Part shown: positions 47,344 through 57,700 of the stretch, piece by piece
Layout: each line of letters opens with the position of its first letter
Position numbering within the stretch: position 1 is the stretch's first letter
From: an uncultured Bacteroidia bacterium
Lineage (GTDB): Bacteria > Bacteroidota > Bacteroidia > Bacteroidales > UBA932
Reading direction: 5' to 3'
NCBI GenBank assembly: GCA_902780455.1
Contig: CACZFO010000002.1
Coordinates: 23,493 to 87,492 of the forward strand
DNA: 64,000 bases
Notes under the pieces: generated by a model
What the model saw: only the letters and a program-made list of their open reading frames with translations
Database searches by the model: none
What the model was told of the DNA's origin: nothing
Made by a program: the position numbers and the translations under genes

Positions 47344-50300
47344 ATGCCTTTAAAGAAAGATACAAAAGTTAAGAGCAATTTCAGCAAGATATCCATCGGA
47401 CTTGCTTCTCCGGAAGAGATCCTGGAGAGGTCACACGGTGAGGTTCTCAAGCCGGAAACTGTTAACTACCGTACATACAAGCCGGAAAGAGACGGTCTGT
47501 TCTGCGAGAGAATCTTCGGTCCTACAAAGGATTACGAGTGCTCCTGCGGAAAGTACAAGAGGATCCGCTACCGCGGAATCGTCTGCGACCGTTGCGGCGT
47601 AGAGGTTACAGAAAAGAAGGTAAGAAGGGAAAGGATGGGACATATCTCCCTGACCGTACCTGTTGCCCACATCTGGTATTTCCGCTCTACTCCTAACAAG
47701 ATAGGCTCGCTGCTTGGCATAAAGAGCAAACAGCTCGATGCCATAATCTATTATGAAAGGTATGTGGTAATCCAGGCCGGAGCAGCCGCTGAAAGCGGAG
47801 TGAAGGAACTGGACCTTCTCAGCGAAGACGAGTATCTGTCCCTGATGGATACCCTTCCTAAGGACAATGCGTCTCTTCCTGACGATGATCCTAACAAGTT
47901 CATCGCCGAGATGGGAGCAGGTGCCATCTACAAACTCCTTGCAAAGATAGATCTTGACGAACTCTCCTACTCACTGCGCCACTCCCTGGAAACGGAGACC
48001 AGCCAGCAGAGGAAGGCAGATGCCCTCAAGAGGCTGAGCATTATCGAGGCATTCAGGGATTCCAAGGATGTCAACCGTCCTGAGTGGATGATTCTGAAAG
48101 TGATTCCTGTTATTCCACCGGATCTGAGACCTCTCGTTCCGCTGGATGGAGGAAGATTTGCAACCTCCGATTTGAACGACCTTTACAGAAGGGTTATCAT
48201 CAGAAACAACCGTCTGAAGAAACTCATCGAGATAAAGGCTCCTGAAGTAATCCTCCGCAATGAAAAGAGAATGCTTCAGGAAGCAGTTGACTCACTGTTC
48301 GACAATTCAAAGAAGACAAACACCATAAAGAGCGAATCCAACAGGGCTCTCAAATCCCTGTCAGATTCACTCAAAGGAAAGCAGGGAAGATTCCGTCAGA
48401 ACCTCCTCGGTAAGAGAGTGGACTACTCCGCCCGTTCAGTTATCGTTGTAGGACCTGAACTTAAGATGCACGAGTGCGGACTTCCTAAGTTCATTGCGGC
48501 CGAGCTCTACAAACCGTTCATCATCAGGAAACTGCTTGAAAGAGGAGTTGTAAAGACCGTAAAGAGCGCAAAGAAGATGGTAGACCGCAAGGATTCCGTC
48601 ATCTGGGATATCCTGGAGAACGTCATGAAGGGCCATCCGGTGCTTCTGAACCGTGCTCCTACCCTCCACAGACTCGGTATCCAGGCCTTCCAGCCTAAGC
48701 TCATAGAAGGCAAAGCCATCCAGCTTCACCCTCTGGCATGTACGGCGTTCAACGCAGACTTTGACGGAGACCAGATGGCCGTGCACCTTCCACTCGGAAA
48801 TGCTGCAGTGCTCGAGGCACAGATCCTCATGCTCGGAAGCCACAACATCCTCAACCCTGCCAACGGAGCACCTATCACCGTTCCTTCACAGGACATGGTT
48901 CTCGGACTCTACTATATTACAAAGGAGAGGGCAGGCATGAAGGGCGAAGGCTCAAGATTCTACTCTCCTGAGGAAGTTATCATTGCCTACAACGAGCAGA
49001 GACTCGATATCCACTCCAAGATTTCAGTACGTCTCCCGATAGACTTCACAGATCTTTCAAAGGGCTACCACCTCGTAGATACGACAACCGGCCGTATCCT
49101 GTTCAACCAGGTGGTTCCTAAGGAAGTGGGATATCTGAACACCTTGATCAACAAGAAGGCCCTCAGAGACATCATCAGCCTCGTGATCAAGACTTGCGGT
49201 GTAATGAGGACCACCCAGTTCCTTGACGACATCAAGAACATGGGATACCTCATGGCATTCCGCGGCGGTCTGTCCTTCAACCTCGGAAACGTTATTGTTC
49301 CTGCAGGAAAGCAGAAGCTCATAGACGATGGTTACAAGAAGGCCGACGAAGTTAAGTTCAACTTTGACAACGGTCTGATTACCAACAATGAGCGTTACAA
49401 CCAGATCATCGATATCTGGACCAACGTAAACAATGAGCTCAGTAAGGTTGTGGTAAAGGAAATCTCAGCAGACAACGAGGGCTTCAACCCTGTATGGATG
49501 ATGCTGGATTCCGGAGCCCGTGGATCCAAGGAGCAGATACGTCAGCTCTGCGGAATGAGAGGATTGATGGCCAAGCCACAGAAATCCGGAGCCACCGGAG
49601 GTAACGAAATCATCGAGAACCCTATCCTTGCAAACTTCAAGGAAGGCCTTTCAGTTCTCGAGTACTTCATCTCCACCCACGGTGCACGTAAGGGTCTGGC
49701 CGATACCGCTCTTAAGACTGCAGACGCAGGTTACCTGACCAGAAGGCTCGTAGACGTTTCTCATGACGTAATCGTTACAGAGGAAGACTGCGGAACCCTC
49801 AGAGGTCTGGTAGCAACGGAAATCAAGAACAAGGACGAGGTTGTTGAAACCCTGTACGACAGAATACTCGGTAGAACAACCGTTCACGAGATTTACGACC
49901 CTACCAACGGAGAGCTCATCATTGGTGCCGGTGAGGAAATCACTGAAGAAATTGCAGCCAGGATCGAGAGCCTTCCTATAGAGGCAGTGGAAATCCGAAG
50001 CGTGCTCACCTGCGAAAGCAAGAAGGGAGTTTGCGCCAAGTGCTATGGCCGTAACCTTGCACGCAACAAGATGGTTGAAACCGGAGAGGTTGTCGGCGTA
50101 ATTGCTGCACAGTCCATCGGTGAGCCAGGTACTCAGCTGACTCTGAGAACATTCCACGTCGGTGGTACTGCAAGTGCTTCTGTAGCTGAAAACGAAATCG
50201 TATCCAAGTACGACGGAAGGCTCGAGTTTGAGGAACTCCGCACCTTGGACAAGATCAACGAGAACGGCGAGAAGCAGACCATAGTAATAGGCCGCGGCAC

Positions 50301-51639
50301 CGAGCTCAGGATTGTGAACGCAGACAGCGGAATTTCTATGTCTGAATACCGAATCCCTTACGGCTCAATTCTTTACAAGAAGAATGGCGAGCTGGTAAAG
50401 AAGGGAGACCGCATTTGCGAGTGGGATGCCTACAACGCTCTCACCCTTGCAGATGTAAACGGTAAGATTGCCTACGACCAGCTGGTTGAGAACGAGACCT
50501 ACAAGAATGAGGCAGACGAGTCCTCACACGTAGACAGGGTGGTAATCGACTCCAAGGACAAGAACAAGAACCCTGTCATCAGGATCGTAGATTCCGAAGG
50601 CAACGACCTTAAGAGCTACAACCTTCCTCTTGGCGCCCACATCATGGTAAACGACGGTCAGGAAGTTAAGGCCGGAGATACTCTGGTCAAGATTCCTAGA
50701 GCGGCTTCTTCAAAGGCCGGTGACATTACAGGAGGTCTTCCTCGTGTAACCGAGCTGTTTGAGGCACGTAACCCGTCCAACCCTGCAATCGTAGCCGAGA
50801 TCAACGGAGACGTACAGATGGGCAAGATCAAGAGAGGTAACCGCGAAATCATCATCAAGTCCCGTAAGGGCGACCAGGAGAGGCATTACCTTGTTCCTCT
50901 GACCAAGCAGATACTTGTTCAGGAGAACGACTACGTAAAGGCCGGCGATCCGCTTTCAGACGGAAGCATCGCACCTGCAGACATCCTCAGGATACTCGGT
51001 CCTACCAAGGTTCAGGAATACATCGTGAACGAGGTTCAGGCAGTGTACAGGATGCAGGGTGTGAAGATCAACGACAAGCACTTCGAGGTTATCGTAAGAC
51101 AGATGATGCGCAAGGTCCAGGTTGTGGATCCGGGCGATACCCGCTTCCTGCCTGAACAGCTCGTAGACCGTCAGGAATTCTTCAGACAGAACGACGAGCT
51201 CTGGGACAAGATGGTAGTTCTGGATGCCGGCGATTCCAAGAATCTCCGTCCGGGCCAGATAGTTACCGTAAGGGCTCTCAAGGATGAGAACTCATCTCTC
51301 AAGAGACAGGCTCTCAAGACTGTAGAGGCAAGGACTCCGGTTCCTGCAACTGCAGACCAGATACTCCAGGGTATCACAAGAGCAGCTCTGAAGACCAGCA
51401 GCTTCATGAGTGCAGCTTCATTCCAGGAGACTACCAAGGTTCTTTCCGAGGCAGCCATCTATGGAAAGACAGACACTCTGGAAGGCCTGAAGGAGAACGT
51501 AATATGCGGACATCCAATTCCTGCAGGTACAGGTCTGAGAGACTACGAAAAGATTGTAGTTACCAGCGAAGAAGAGTACCAGAAAATGATGAAGGCTCAG
51601 GCAGCCCTTGCCGCACAGGCAACCGCCGTTGAAGAGTAA
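47344..51639 (+). CDS. rpoC: DNA-directed RNA polymerase subunit beta'
   Basis: 1431 aa with a zinc-binding CSCGKY...CDRCG and the catalytic NADFDGDQM. Confidence 0.98.
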   Translation: MPLKKDTKVKSNFSKISIGLASPEEILERSHGEVLKPETVNYRTYKPERDGLFCERIFGPTKDYECSCGKYKRIRYRGIVCDRCGVEVTEKKVRRERMGHISLTVPVAHIWYFRSTPNKIGSLLGIKSKQLDAIIYYERYVVIQAGAAAESGVKELDLLSEDEYLSLMDTLPKDNASLPDDDPNKFIAEMGAGAIYKLLAKIDLDELSYSLRHSLETETSQQRKADALKRLSIIEAFRDSKDVNRPEWMILKVIPVIPPDLRPLVPLDGGRFATSDLNDLYRRVIIRNNRLKKLIEIKAPEVILRNEKRMLQEAVDSLFDNSKKTNTIKSESNRALKSLSDSLKGKQGRFRQNLLGKRVDYSARSVIVVGPELKMHECGLPKFIAAELYKPFIIRKLLERGVVKTVKSAKKMVDRKDSVIWDILENVMKGHPVLLNRAPTLHRLGIQAFQPKLIEGKAIQLHPLACTAFNADFDGDQMAVHLPLGNAAVLEAQILMLGSHNILNPANGAPITVPSQDMVLGLYYITKERAGMKGEGSRFYSPEEVIIAYNEQRLDIHSKISVRLPIDFTDLSKGYHLVDTTTGRILFNQVVPKEVGYLNTLINKKALRDIISLVIKTCGVMRTTQFLDDIKNMGYLMAFRGGLSFNLGNVIVPAGKQKLIDDGYKKADEVKFNFDNGLITNNERYNQIIDIWTNVNNELSKVVVKEISADNEGFNPVWMMLDSGARGSKEQIRQLCGMRGLMAKPQKSGATGGNEIIENPILANFKEGLSVLEYFISTHGARKGLADTALKTADAGYLTRRLVDVSHDVIVTEEDCGTLRGLVATEIKNKDEVVETLYDRILGRTTVHEIYDPTNGELIIGAGEEITEEIAARIESLPIEAVEIRSVLTCESKKGVCAKCYGRNLARNKMVETGEVVGVIAAQSIGEPGTQLTLRTFHVGGTASASVAENEIVSKYDGRLEFEELRTLDKINENGEKQTIVIGRGTELRIVNADSGISMSEYRIPYGSILYKKNGELVKKGDRICEWDAYNALTLADVNGKIAYDQLVENETYKNEADESSHVDRVVIDSKDKNKNPVIRIVDSEGNDLKSYNLPLGAHIMVNDGQEVKAGDTLVKIPRAASSKAGDITGGLPRVTELFEARNPSNPAIVAEINGDVQMGKIKRGNREIIIKSRKGDQERHYLVPLTKQILVQENDYVKAGDPLSDGSIAPADILRILGPTKVQEYIVNEVQAVYRMQGVKINDKHFEVIVRQMMRKVQVVDPGDTRFLPEQLVDRQEFFRQNDELWDKMVVLDAGDSKNLRPGQIVTVRALKDENSSLKRQALKTVEARTPVPATADQILQGITRAALKTSSFMSAASFQETTKVLSEAAIYGKTDTLEGLKENVICGHPIPAGTGLRDYEKIVVTSEEEYQKMMKAQAALAAQATAVEE

Positions 51640-51660
51640 GTCATTTTCATAAGTTGTTTT

Positions 51661-51712
51661 TATCCCGACAGAATCAGTAACATTTTACAGTCTGTCGGGA
51701 TAATTTTTTTTA
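51661..51712 (+). terminator. Terminator after rpoC
   Basis: Perfect 11-bp stem tatcccgacag/ctgtcgggata, a 20-nt loop and a T8 run. Confidence 0.7.
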
Positions 51713-51765
51713 CTTTTGTCCTGCACTGGAAAGAAATAGATACAAACAATCATAATACACACACG

Positions 51766-52881
51766 ATGAAAAAGTTTTTTATCCTGGCGGTTGCTGCACT
51801 TGCAGCATTTTCCTGCACTGAGAAGAAAGCAGGTTATACCGTTACCGTAAATGTTGGAGATGACGACTTTACCAGCTTCATCCTCACGAATCGCGAAAAA
51901 GAAAACCCTGTAGCTGATACAGTTGCAGTTGTTGAAAAAAAGGCCGTATTCACTGGCAACGTAGACGGATTTGACGTCCGCTACATAATGGGTGTTAAAG
52001 AAGGTGAAGAACCTGAGTACCTTGGAAGACTGTTCCTTGAGAATGCAAACTACACAGTGAATTTTACCGCAGACGGTGACCACTTCCACTCAAACATTGA
52101 GTCTGACGGTCCTATCCAGATGCAGTGCGACTCACTCAACAACCTTGTAAAGGCTGTTTATGAAAAGAACAACATGCATGAACTTGAGAAACTGTACGAG
52201 GCAGGAGACCAGAAGGTTAAGGATTCAATCATGAACATTGTAAAAGGTGTTGGAGATGAGATCGAAGTTATTACCAACGACTTCTACGCAAAGAACCCTC
52301 TCTGCCCTCTGGCTTTGGAAAACGCTGCTTCAGATATAAGGTACGTAGGTCTTGATTCTGCAAGAAAACTTGTAGAGAAGTTTGCAGCCGTTCCTGCATT
52401 TGCAACAAACAGACTCTTCAAGAACATGCAGAAGGAACTCGAGAAGAAAGAAGCCCTCGCTCCTGGCAAACAGGCTCCTGACTTTACCCTGAACGATCCT
52501 GAAGGCAACCCTGTAAAATTCTCAGAGGTATATCCTAAGAACAAGGTTACCATGATTGATTTCTGGGCTTCATGGTGCGGACCATGCCGCAAATTCAACC
52601 CTACCCTTACACAGATCTACGCCAAGTACAACAAGAAGGGCTTCGGCATCCTCGGCGTTTCACTTGACAGGGAACAGGAAAAGTGGGTTGAGGCTATCAA
52701 GGCTGACAAGCTAGTTTGGCAGCACGTATCAGACCTCAAGTTCTGGGACAGCGAGGCCGGCCGGCTCTACAACATCAGCTCAATACCTCAGAGCTACTTC
52801 GTAGATTCAGAAGGCAAGATACTCCTTGCATCACCATCTGAAGACCAGATCGAGAGTTTCCTCGCTGAATACCTGAAATAA
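51766..52881 (+). CDS. TlpA/ResA-like thiol-disulfide oxidoreductase lipoprotein (thioredoxin fold with an N-terminal extra domain)
   Basis: 371 aa with lipobox LAAFSCTE and the CXXC motif WASWCGPC in the C-terminal AhpC/TSA-like domain. Confidence 0.8.
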   Translation: MKKFFILAVAALAAFSCTEKKAGYTVTVNVGDDDFTSFILTNREKENPVADTVAVVEKKAVFTGNVDGFDVRYIMGVKEGEEPEYLGRLFLENANYTVNFTADGDHFHSNIESDGPIQMQCDSLNNLVKAVYEKNNMHELEKLYEAGDQKVKDSIMNIVKGVGDEIEVITNDFYAKNPLCPLALENAASDIRYVGLDSARKLVEKFAAVPAFATNRLFKNMQKELEKKEALAPGKQAPDFTLNDPEGNPVKFSEVYPKNKVTMIDFWASWCGPCRKFNPTLTQIYAKYNKKGFGILGVSLDREQEKWVEAIKADKLVWQHVSDLKFWDSEAGRLYNISSIPQSYFVDSEGKILLASPSEDQIESFLAEYLK

Positions 52882-52898
52882 TACTCAGCGATTACGAA

Positions 52899-53060
52899 CC
52901 AGCCGGCACCAAGCGTTTGCGAGGCCGATAGGCATCAAACTTATGCGTGACCGGTAGGCACCAAGCTTATGCGTGACCGATAGGCATCAAACTTATGCGA
53001 GGCCGGTAGGCATCAAGCTTATGCGTGACCGGTAGGCATCAAGCTTATGCGTGACCGGTA
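52899..53060. repeat. Noncoding tandem repeat, 6.2 x 26 nt (consensus CCGGTAGGCATCAAGCTTATGCGTGA)
   Basis: Units fall at 52899, 52925, 52951, 52977, 53003 and 53029, with a partial seventh. The array lies between the tlpA-like stop and the terminator. Confidence 0.95.
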
Positions 53061-53082
53061 ACTTACTGGTAATCAATAAAAT

Positions 53083-53124
53083 AAGAAAACACCTGTATGC
53101 AATTCCACATACAGGTGTTTTCTT
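53083..53124. terminator. Bidirectional terminator between the tlpA-like gene and manA
   Basis: A perfect 17-bp stem (aagaaaacacctgtatg / catacaggtgttttctt) with an 8-nt loop. The A-rich/T-rich (a4/t4) segments lie within the stem arms. Confidence 0.85.
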
Positions 53125-53160
53125 ATATCGCTGAGTATCAACTACTTATTAGTCACGGCC

Positions 53161-53272
53161 TTCAAACGTTCAAACGTTCAAACGTTCAAATTTCCAAATT
53201 TCCAAATGTCCAAATGTTCAAACGTTCAAACTTCCAAATGTCCAAACGTTCAAATTTCAAAACGTTCAATGC
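53161..53272. repeat. Noncoding tandem repeat, about 14 x 8 nt (T[TC]CAAA[CT][GT])
   Basis: I split the sequence by hand into ttcaaacg x3, ttcaaatt, tccaaatt, tccaaatg x2, ttcaaacg, ttcaaact, tccaaatg, tccaaacg, ttcaaatt, tcaaaacg and ttcaatgc. The array lies between the manA stop and the terminator. Confidence 0.95.
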
Positions 53273-53293
53273 CAATTGCCAAAGTTCATAGGC

Positions 53294-54331
53294 CTACAGT
53301 TCCAGGTGGGCCTCAACAATTTGAAGACCGCCTGCAGAACGCAGTTCAACGGCTCCCAGCGCAGCAGGCAGAAGCAGCAGGTCTCCCTCAGAAACTTTCA
53401 TGCTGTCCTTGATGCACCCTCCCGGCAAACTGCTGAAAAACAGAGTACCTGAACCCGCTGTGCAAACCACTGCTGTAAAGGTTTCCCACATGGAGTTGTC
53501 CAGAAGGCAGAACTTCTCAACTCCGGAATCCTGGACATCGCTGAATCTTATGAAGTTGCTTACAAAGTGAGGACATCTGGCAAGGCTTAACATGGCCGGC
53601 CTGTTTCCATCTGTTTTACAGTCAAATACGTTCCTCTGCTTTTCTACAAAAGCTTCATGCTTCTCGTCAAAGTCTATGGCTCTCATCGCATCCTCCACAT
53701 CCAGGTGACGGCGCTTGCCTTCTATGTCAACCCTGTTGAAATCGTAGAGGCGGTAAGTGGTATCCGAAGGCTGCTGGATTTCAAGTATCCTGGTTCCGGC
53801 TCCGATGCTGTGGACGGTGCCGGCAGGAATGAAATACCAGTCTCCCTTCTTAGGAGAAAAACGGTTCAGCACGTCTTCAAGGGTCTTCTCGCCTTTCCTG
53901 ACATCTGTTTCCTTGATGGAATTATGTACTATGGCCTTGAACTCGTTTTCTGAAAACCTCTTTGAAAAGCCCAGGAGCAGTTCTGAATCTTCCTCAGCCT
54001 TAAGTACATACCACATTTCCGTCTTGCCGTTTGGCAGACCCTTTTCCCTGGCCATGCCGTCATCGGGATGAACCTGAACGGACAGCTGCTGGTTAGAGTT
54101 GATGTACTTTACAAGCATCGGGAACCTGTTCCCGAAGGCCTTCCAGACCTTTCCTCCCACAAGTTCCTCTTTATATATGTCTACAAGTTCAGAAAGGGTC
54201 TTCCCGCAATCAGGACCTTCGGAGATGCATACTGTCTGCCTTCCCTCCATGGCGGAGAGAATCCAATCCTCGCTTCCCCATATGGTACCGATGGTAACCG
54301 GTCTGAACTTTAACGGACGCATTTGTTTCAC
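53294..54331 (-). CDS. manA: Mannose-6-phosphate isomerase, class I
   Basis: 345 aa with [22 protein letters not shown] and a cupin-type GTVHSIG. Confidence 0.8.
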   Translation of the reverse strand: MKQMRPLKFRPVTIGTIWGSEDWILSAMEGRQTVCISEGPDCGKTLSELVDIYKEELVGGKVWKAFGNRFPMLVKYINSNQQLSVQVHPDDGMAREKGLPNGKTEMWYVLKAEEDSELLLGFSKRFSENEFKAIVHNSIKETDVRKGEKTLEDVLNRFSPKKGDWYFIPAGTVHSIGAGTRILEIQQPSDTTYRLYDFNRVDIEGKRRHLDVEDAMRAIDFDEKHEAFVEKQRNVFDCKTDGNRPAMLSLARCPHFVSNFIRFSDVQDSGVEKFCLLDNSMWETFTAVVCTAGSGTLFFSSLPGGCIKDSMKVSEGDLLLLPAALGAVELRSAGGLQIVEAHLEL

Positions 54332-54346
54332 CTCTTCTATCTACGG

Positions 54347-56599
54347 TTACAAAATGTTCAACGCTACTGTAACTCCCGCCATTACAATGGAAACCATGCT
54401 CATGAGCTTGATCAGTATATTCAGCGACGGACCGCTTGTATCCTTGAAAGGATCTCCCACCGTATCTCCCACCACGGTAGCCTTATGGGCATAGGAACCC
54501 TTTCCTCCAAAGTTGCCTTCCTCGACAAACTTCTTGGCATTGTCCCAGGCTCCGCCGGAATTGGCCATGAAAACAGCCAGGACGAATCCGCTGCTGAGGC
54601 CTCCTACCAGAAGCCCAAGTACACCTGAAACCCCGAGCAGTATGCCAACGGCAACCGGTGCGGCTATGGCCAGAAGAGAAGAACCTATCATTTCCCTCTG
54701 TGCGCTCCTGGTTGAAATCTCCACGCAACGGGCATAGTCCGGAGTTGATGTTCCGTCCAGGATTCCCTTGTCTGAAGAGAACTGTCGCCTGACCTCCTCC
54801 ACCATCTTCTGGGCGGCCCTTCCAACAGAACCCATGGTAAGTCCGCAGAACAGGAATGCCAACATGGCACCTATGAATATGCCCACAAGCACCTTCGGAT
54901 TCATGAGGTTCACGTCAAACCAGGTCATGAAATCCGCAAAGCCGGCATTGTGGAGAGCTTCCTTGCTTTCCAGGGCAAGAGACTCGGTGTTGAGATTACG
55001 GACGGCCGCTTCAAGGCCTGAAGTATCGGCAACCCTCAGAAGGGCAATCTTGATTTCTTCAATGTATGAGGCCAGCAGAGCCAGGGCTGTAAGAGCGGCA
55101 GAACCAATTGCAAAGCCTTTTCCGGTGGCGGCTGTAGTGTTGCCAAGAGCATCCAGCACGTCTGTACGGTCCCTGACCTCGGGCTCAAGTCCGCTCATCT
55201 GGGCATTTCCGCCTGCATTGTCGGCTATAGGCCCGTAAGCGTCCGTTGCCAAGGTAATTCCAAGTGTTGACAGCATTCCTACAGCGGCTATGCCTATGCC
55301 GTAAAGGCCGAATGAAAGATTTTCCTTGGAAAGCAGGTCGGCTGAAAATTCAGTTGCGCAAAGGTAAGCCAGGATTATCGCCACACCTATCGTGATAACT
55401 GGAATGGCGGTAGAAATCATACCTGTTCCCACACCGGAGATGATGACAGTTGCCGGCCCGGTCTGGGCACTTTCTGCAATTTTCTTGGTTGGCTTGTAAG
55501 AATGAGATGTATAGTACTCGGTTGTCTTTCCTATTATTATTCCTGCACACAGGCCAGTCAGAACTGAGAATGAAATTCCGAGCCAGTGAGTGAGTCCCAG
55601 GGCATACAATATAATAAAGGAGAATATCGCAATCAGAACAGAGGAGAAATTGACTCCCAGGCTCAGCGATTTCAAAAGCTGACCCATTCCGGCGTTCTCC
55701 TTGGTCTTTACAAGGAATATGCCTATTACGGAAAGGAACACTCCCACTGCGGCAATGAGCATAGGAGCGAACACGGCCTTGACCTGCATCCCACCCTGAC
55801 CTATGAAGGCACTTGCCCCCAGGGCTGCCGTAGCCAGCACGCTTCCGCAGTAGGATTCATAGAGGTCTGCGCCCATGCCGGCCACATCACCTACATTGTC
55901 TCCAACGTTGTCTGCGATGGTAGCAGGATTCCTCGGATCGTCTTCCGGAATCCCGGCCTCAGTCTTGCCCACAAGGTCAGCTCCGACGTCTGCGGCCTTG
56001 GTATAGATACCGCCGCCTACTCTGGCAAACAGAGCCTGGGTTGAGGCTCCCATACCGAAAGTAAGCATGGTTGTAGTGATGATGGTAAGTTTCTGGCTGA
56101 TATCTTCAGGATTGATGAAGTAGTCCAGCACCATATACCATATAGATATGTCAAGAAGCCCCAGCCCCACAACGGTAAGCCCCATGACCGCTCCGCTGCG
56201 GAAGGCCACCTTGAGACCTTTGTTCAACGACGAGCGTGCGGCGTTGGCAGTACGGGCTGAAGCGTAGGTTGCCGTTTTCATCCCTATGAACCCTGCAAGT
56301 CCGCTGAAGAAGCCTCCGGTAAGGAAAGCAAAAGGAACCCAGCCGTTCTGGATTTTCAACCCGTAGGCCAGGAAGGCAAAAACTGCAGCAAGGACCAGGA
56401 AGACAATAACCACAACCTTATATTGCTGTTTCAGATAGGCCATTGCACCCTGCCTTACAAAAGAAGCAATTTCCTTCATCTTAGGAGTACCTTCATCCTG
56501 ACGGAGCATGTTCCGATAGAATATGTATGCGAAGAGCAAAGCTACCAGAGAAGCGGCAGGAACCAGGTAAAACAGATAACCAGTGATATCCATATCCAT
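54347..56599 (-). CDS. hppA: Membrane-bound ion-translocating pyrophosphatase
   Basis: 750 aa, about 16 TM segments. Motifs [53 protein letters not shown] and DTVGDPFKD. Confidence 0.95.
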   Translation of the reverse strand: MDMDITGYLFYLVPAASLVALLFAYIFYRNMLRQDEGTPKMKEIASFVRQGAMAYLKQQYKVVVIVFLVLAAVFAFLAYGLKIQNGWVPFAFLTGGFFSGLAGFIGMKTATYASARTANAARSSLNKGLKVAFRSGAVMGLTVVGLGLLDISIWYMVLDYFINPEDISQKLTIITTTMLTFGMGASTQALFARVGGGIYTKAADVGADLVGKTEAGIPEDDPRNPATIADNVGDNVGDVAGMGADLYESYCGSVLATAALGASAFIGQGGMQVKAVFAPMLIAAVGVFLSVIGIFLVKTKENAGMGQLLKSLSLGVNFSSVLIAIFSFIILYALGLTHWLGISFSVLTGLCAGIIIGKTTEYYTSHSYKPTKKIAESAQTGPATVIISGVGTGMISTAIPVITIGVAIILAYLCATEFSADLLSKENLSFGLYGIGIAAVGMLSTLGITLATDAYGPIADNAGGNAQMSGLEPEVRDRTDVLDALGNTTAATGKGFAIGSAALTALALLASYIEEIKIALLRVADTSGLEAAVRNLNTESLALESKEALHNAGFADFMTWFDVNLMNPKVLVGIFIGAMLAFLFCGLTMGSVGRAAQKMVEEVRRQFSSDKGILDGTSTPDYARCVEISTRSAQREMIGSSLLAIAAPVAVGILLGVSGVLGLLVGGLSSGFVLAVFMANSGGAWDNAKKFVEEGNFGGKGSYAHKATVVGDTVGDPFKDTSGPSLNILIKLMSMVSIVMAGVTVALNIL

Positions 56600-56619
56600 A
56601 ATTTTATTTGACTTTTAAA

Positions 56620-57480
56620 TCATATACTCAAAGATACAAAATTTTTCTTTCTCAGACCACAAATTTGGCTTTCATTTAGTAAGCATGAACGCATTACCTC
56701 TTCTGTAACGTCTTCTGCAAGTTTCTTCAAAATCTCTGTATTTGAACCTGTTGTTGCTATAGTTATCTTGGGTACGCGCAGTAATCCCCCATCAGATGAA
56801 TTATCTGAAACCACAGGTTTACGCACCTTTTCAAGAAGGTTCCTGGCCCTTTTAGCCACAGCCGGTGCCGGATTGATAACGTTCAATCTGTCAGAAGCAA
56901 CCTTGCGGATGACCTTCTCCAGAAAAGGATAATGCGTGCAGCCGAGAACCACACAGTCTGCTCCCGCTTCAAGCATAGGATCTATATATTTCTTTACAAG
57001 TTGCTCTGCCTCAGGAGAATCCATCTTGCCAGACTCCACCAGTTCAACCAATCCTTCACCCACCCTTTCTATTATCTTGACATTCCTCCTGAGGGCATAA
57101 CGTTCAGAAGTTGCAAGATACAGGCTTCCCTTGAAAGTACCCTGGGTAGCCAGAACTCCTATAACGCCCGTCTTTGTAAGCGCAGCTGCCGGCTTTACGG
57201 CAGGTTCCATTCCAACAAATTGAATATCAAATGATTTCCTGAGATTCGAAACGGCTGCTGCAGTTGCAGTGTTACATGCCACCACAATAATTTCAGCACC
57301 TCTTTCAATCAGAAATTCAGATATTGCGGTGGCTCTTTTTACTACCATTTCCTTACTTTTAGGACCATAAGGACAATACGCAGCATCTGAAATATAGTAA
57401 TAATCCTCTGACGGCATTAACTTTACAAGTTCCTTCCAAACTGAAAGGCCTCCGGAGCCAGAATCAAAAACACCTATCAT
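56620..57480 (-). CDS. murI: Glutamate racemase
   Basis: The start is chosen at MIGVFDSGSGGLSV; the track ORF extends to 57603 through unlikely sequence. Motifs VVACNTA and GCTHYP are present. Confidence 0.88.
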   Translation of the reverse strand: MIGVFDSGSGGLSVWKELVKLMPSEDYYYISDAAYCPYGPKSKEMVVKRATAISEFLIERGAEIIVVACNTATAAAVSNLRKSFDIQFVGMEPAVKPAAALTKTGVIGVLATQGTFKGSLYLATSERYALRRNVKIIERVGEGLVELVESGKMDSPEAEQLVKKYIDPMLEAGADCVVLGCTHYPFLEKVIRKVASDRLNVINPAPAVAKRARNLLEKVRKPVVSDNSSDGGLLRVPKITIATTGSNTEILKKLAEDVTEEVMRSCLLNESQICGLRKKNFVSLSI

Positions 57481-57700
57481 AAAAACAACGTTTAAAGTGG
57501 GAATAAAGCTACCCCTAGCACAAATATAACACAAATGTTGCTTTTTCTTATTAAAAATATAACATTGCGCAAAAAACTTACCGGAAAATTTGTTCGATGA
57601 CATTTAAATGTGTATCTTGCACCCTAGACTAAAGCCAACCGAACAAACAAATTAATTAACAATAAACAACACTACTTAAAATTAACTAAAAATCAACCAA

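Noticed and set aside
52899-53060. Possible CRISPR array (regular 26-nt repeats).
   Set aside because: The repeats are directly abutting with no spacers, no cas genes are present, and the unit is shorter than typical CRISPR repeats plus spacers. It is a plain tandem repeat.
53097-53412. Plus-strand ORFs 53097-53291 and 53206-53412 (...FKRSNVQISKFPNVQMFKRSNFQ...).
   Set aside because: They are artefacts of translating the 8-nt repeat and the antisense strand of the manA 3' end.
57481-57603. 41-codon N-terminal extension of murI in the ORF track.
   Set aside because: The sequence (MSSNKFSGKFFAQCYIFNKKKQHLCYICARG...) looks like AT-rich promoter DNA. Glutamate racemases start right at the xxGVFDSGxGG motif.
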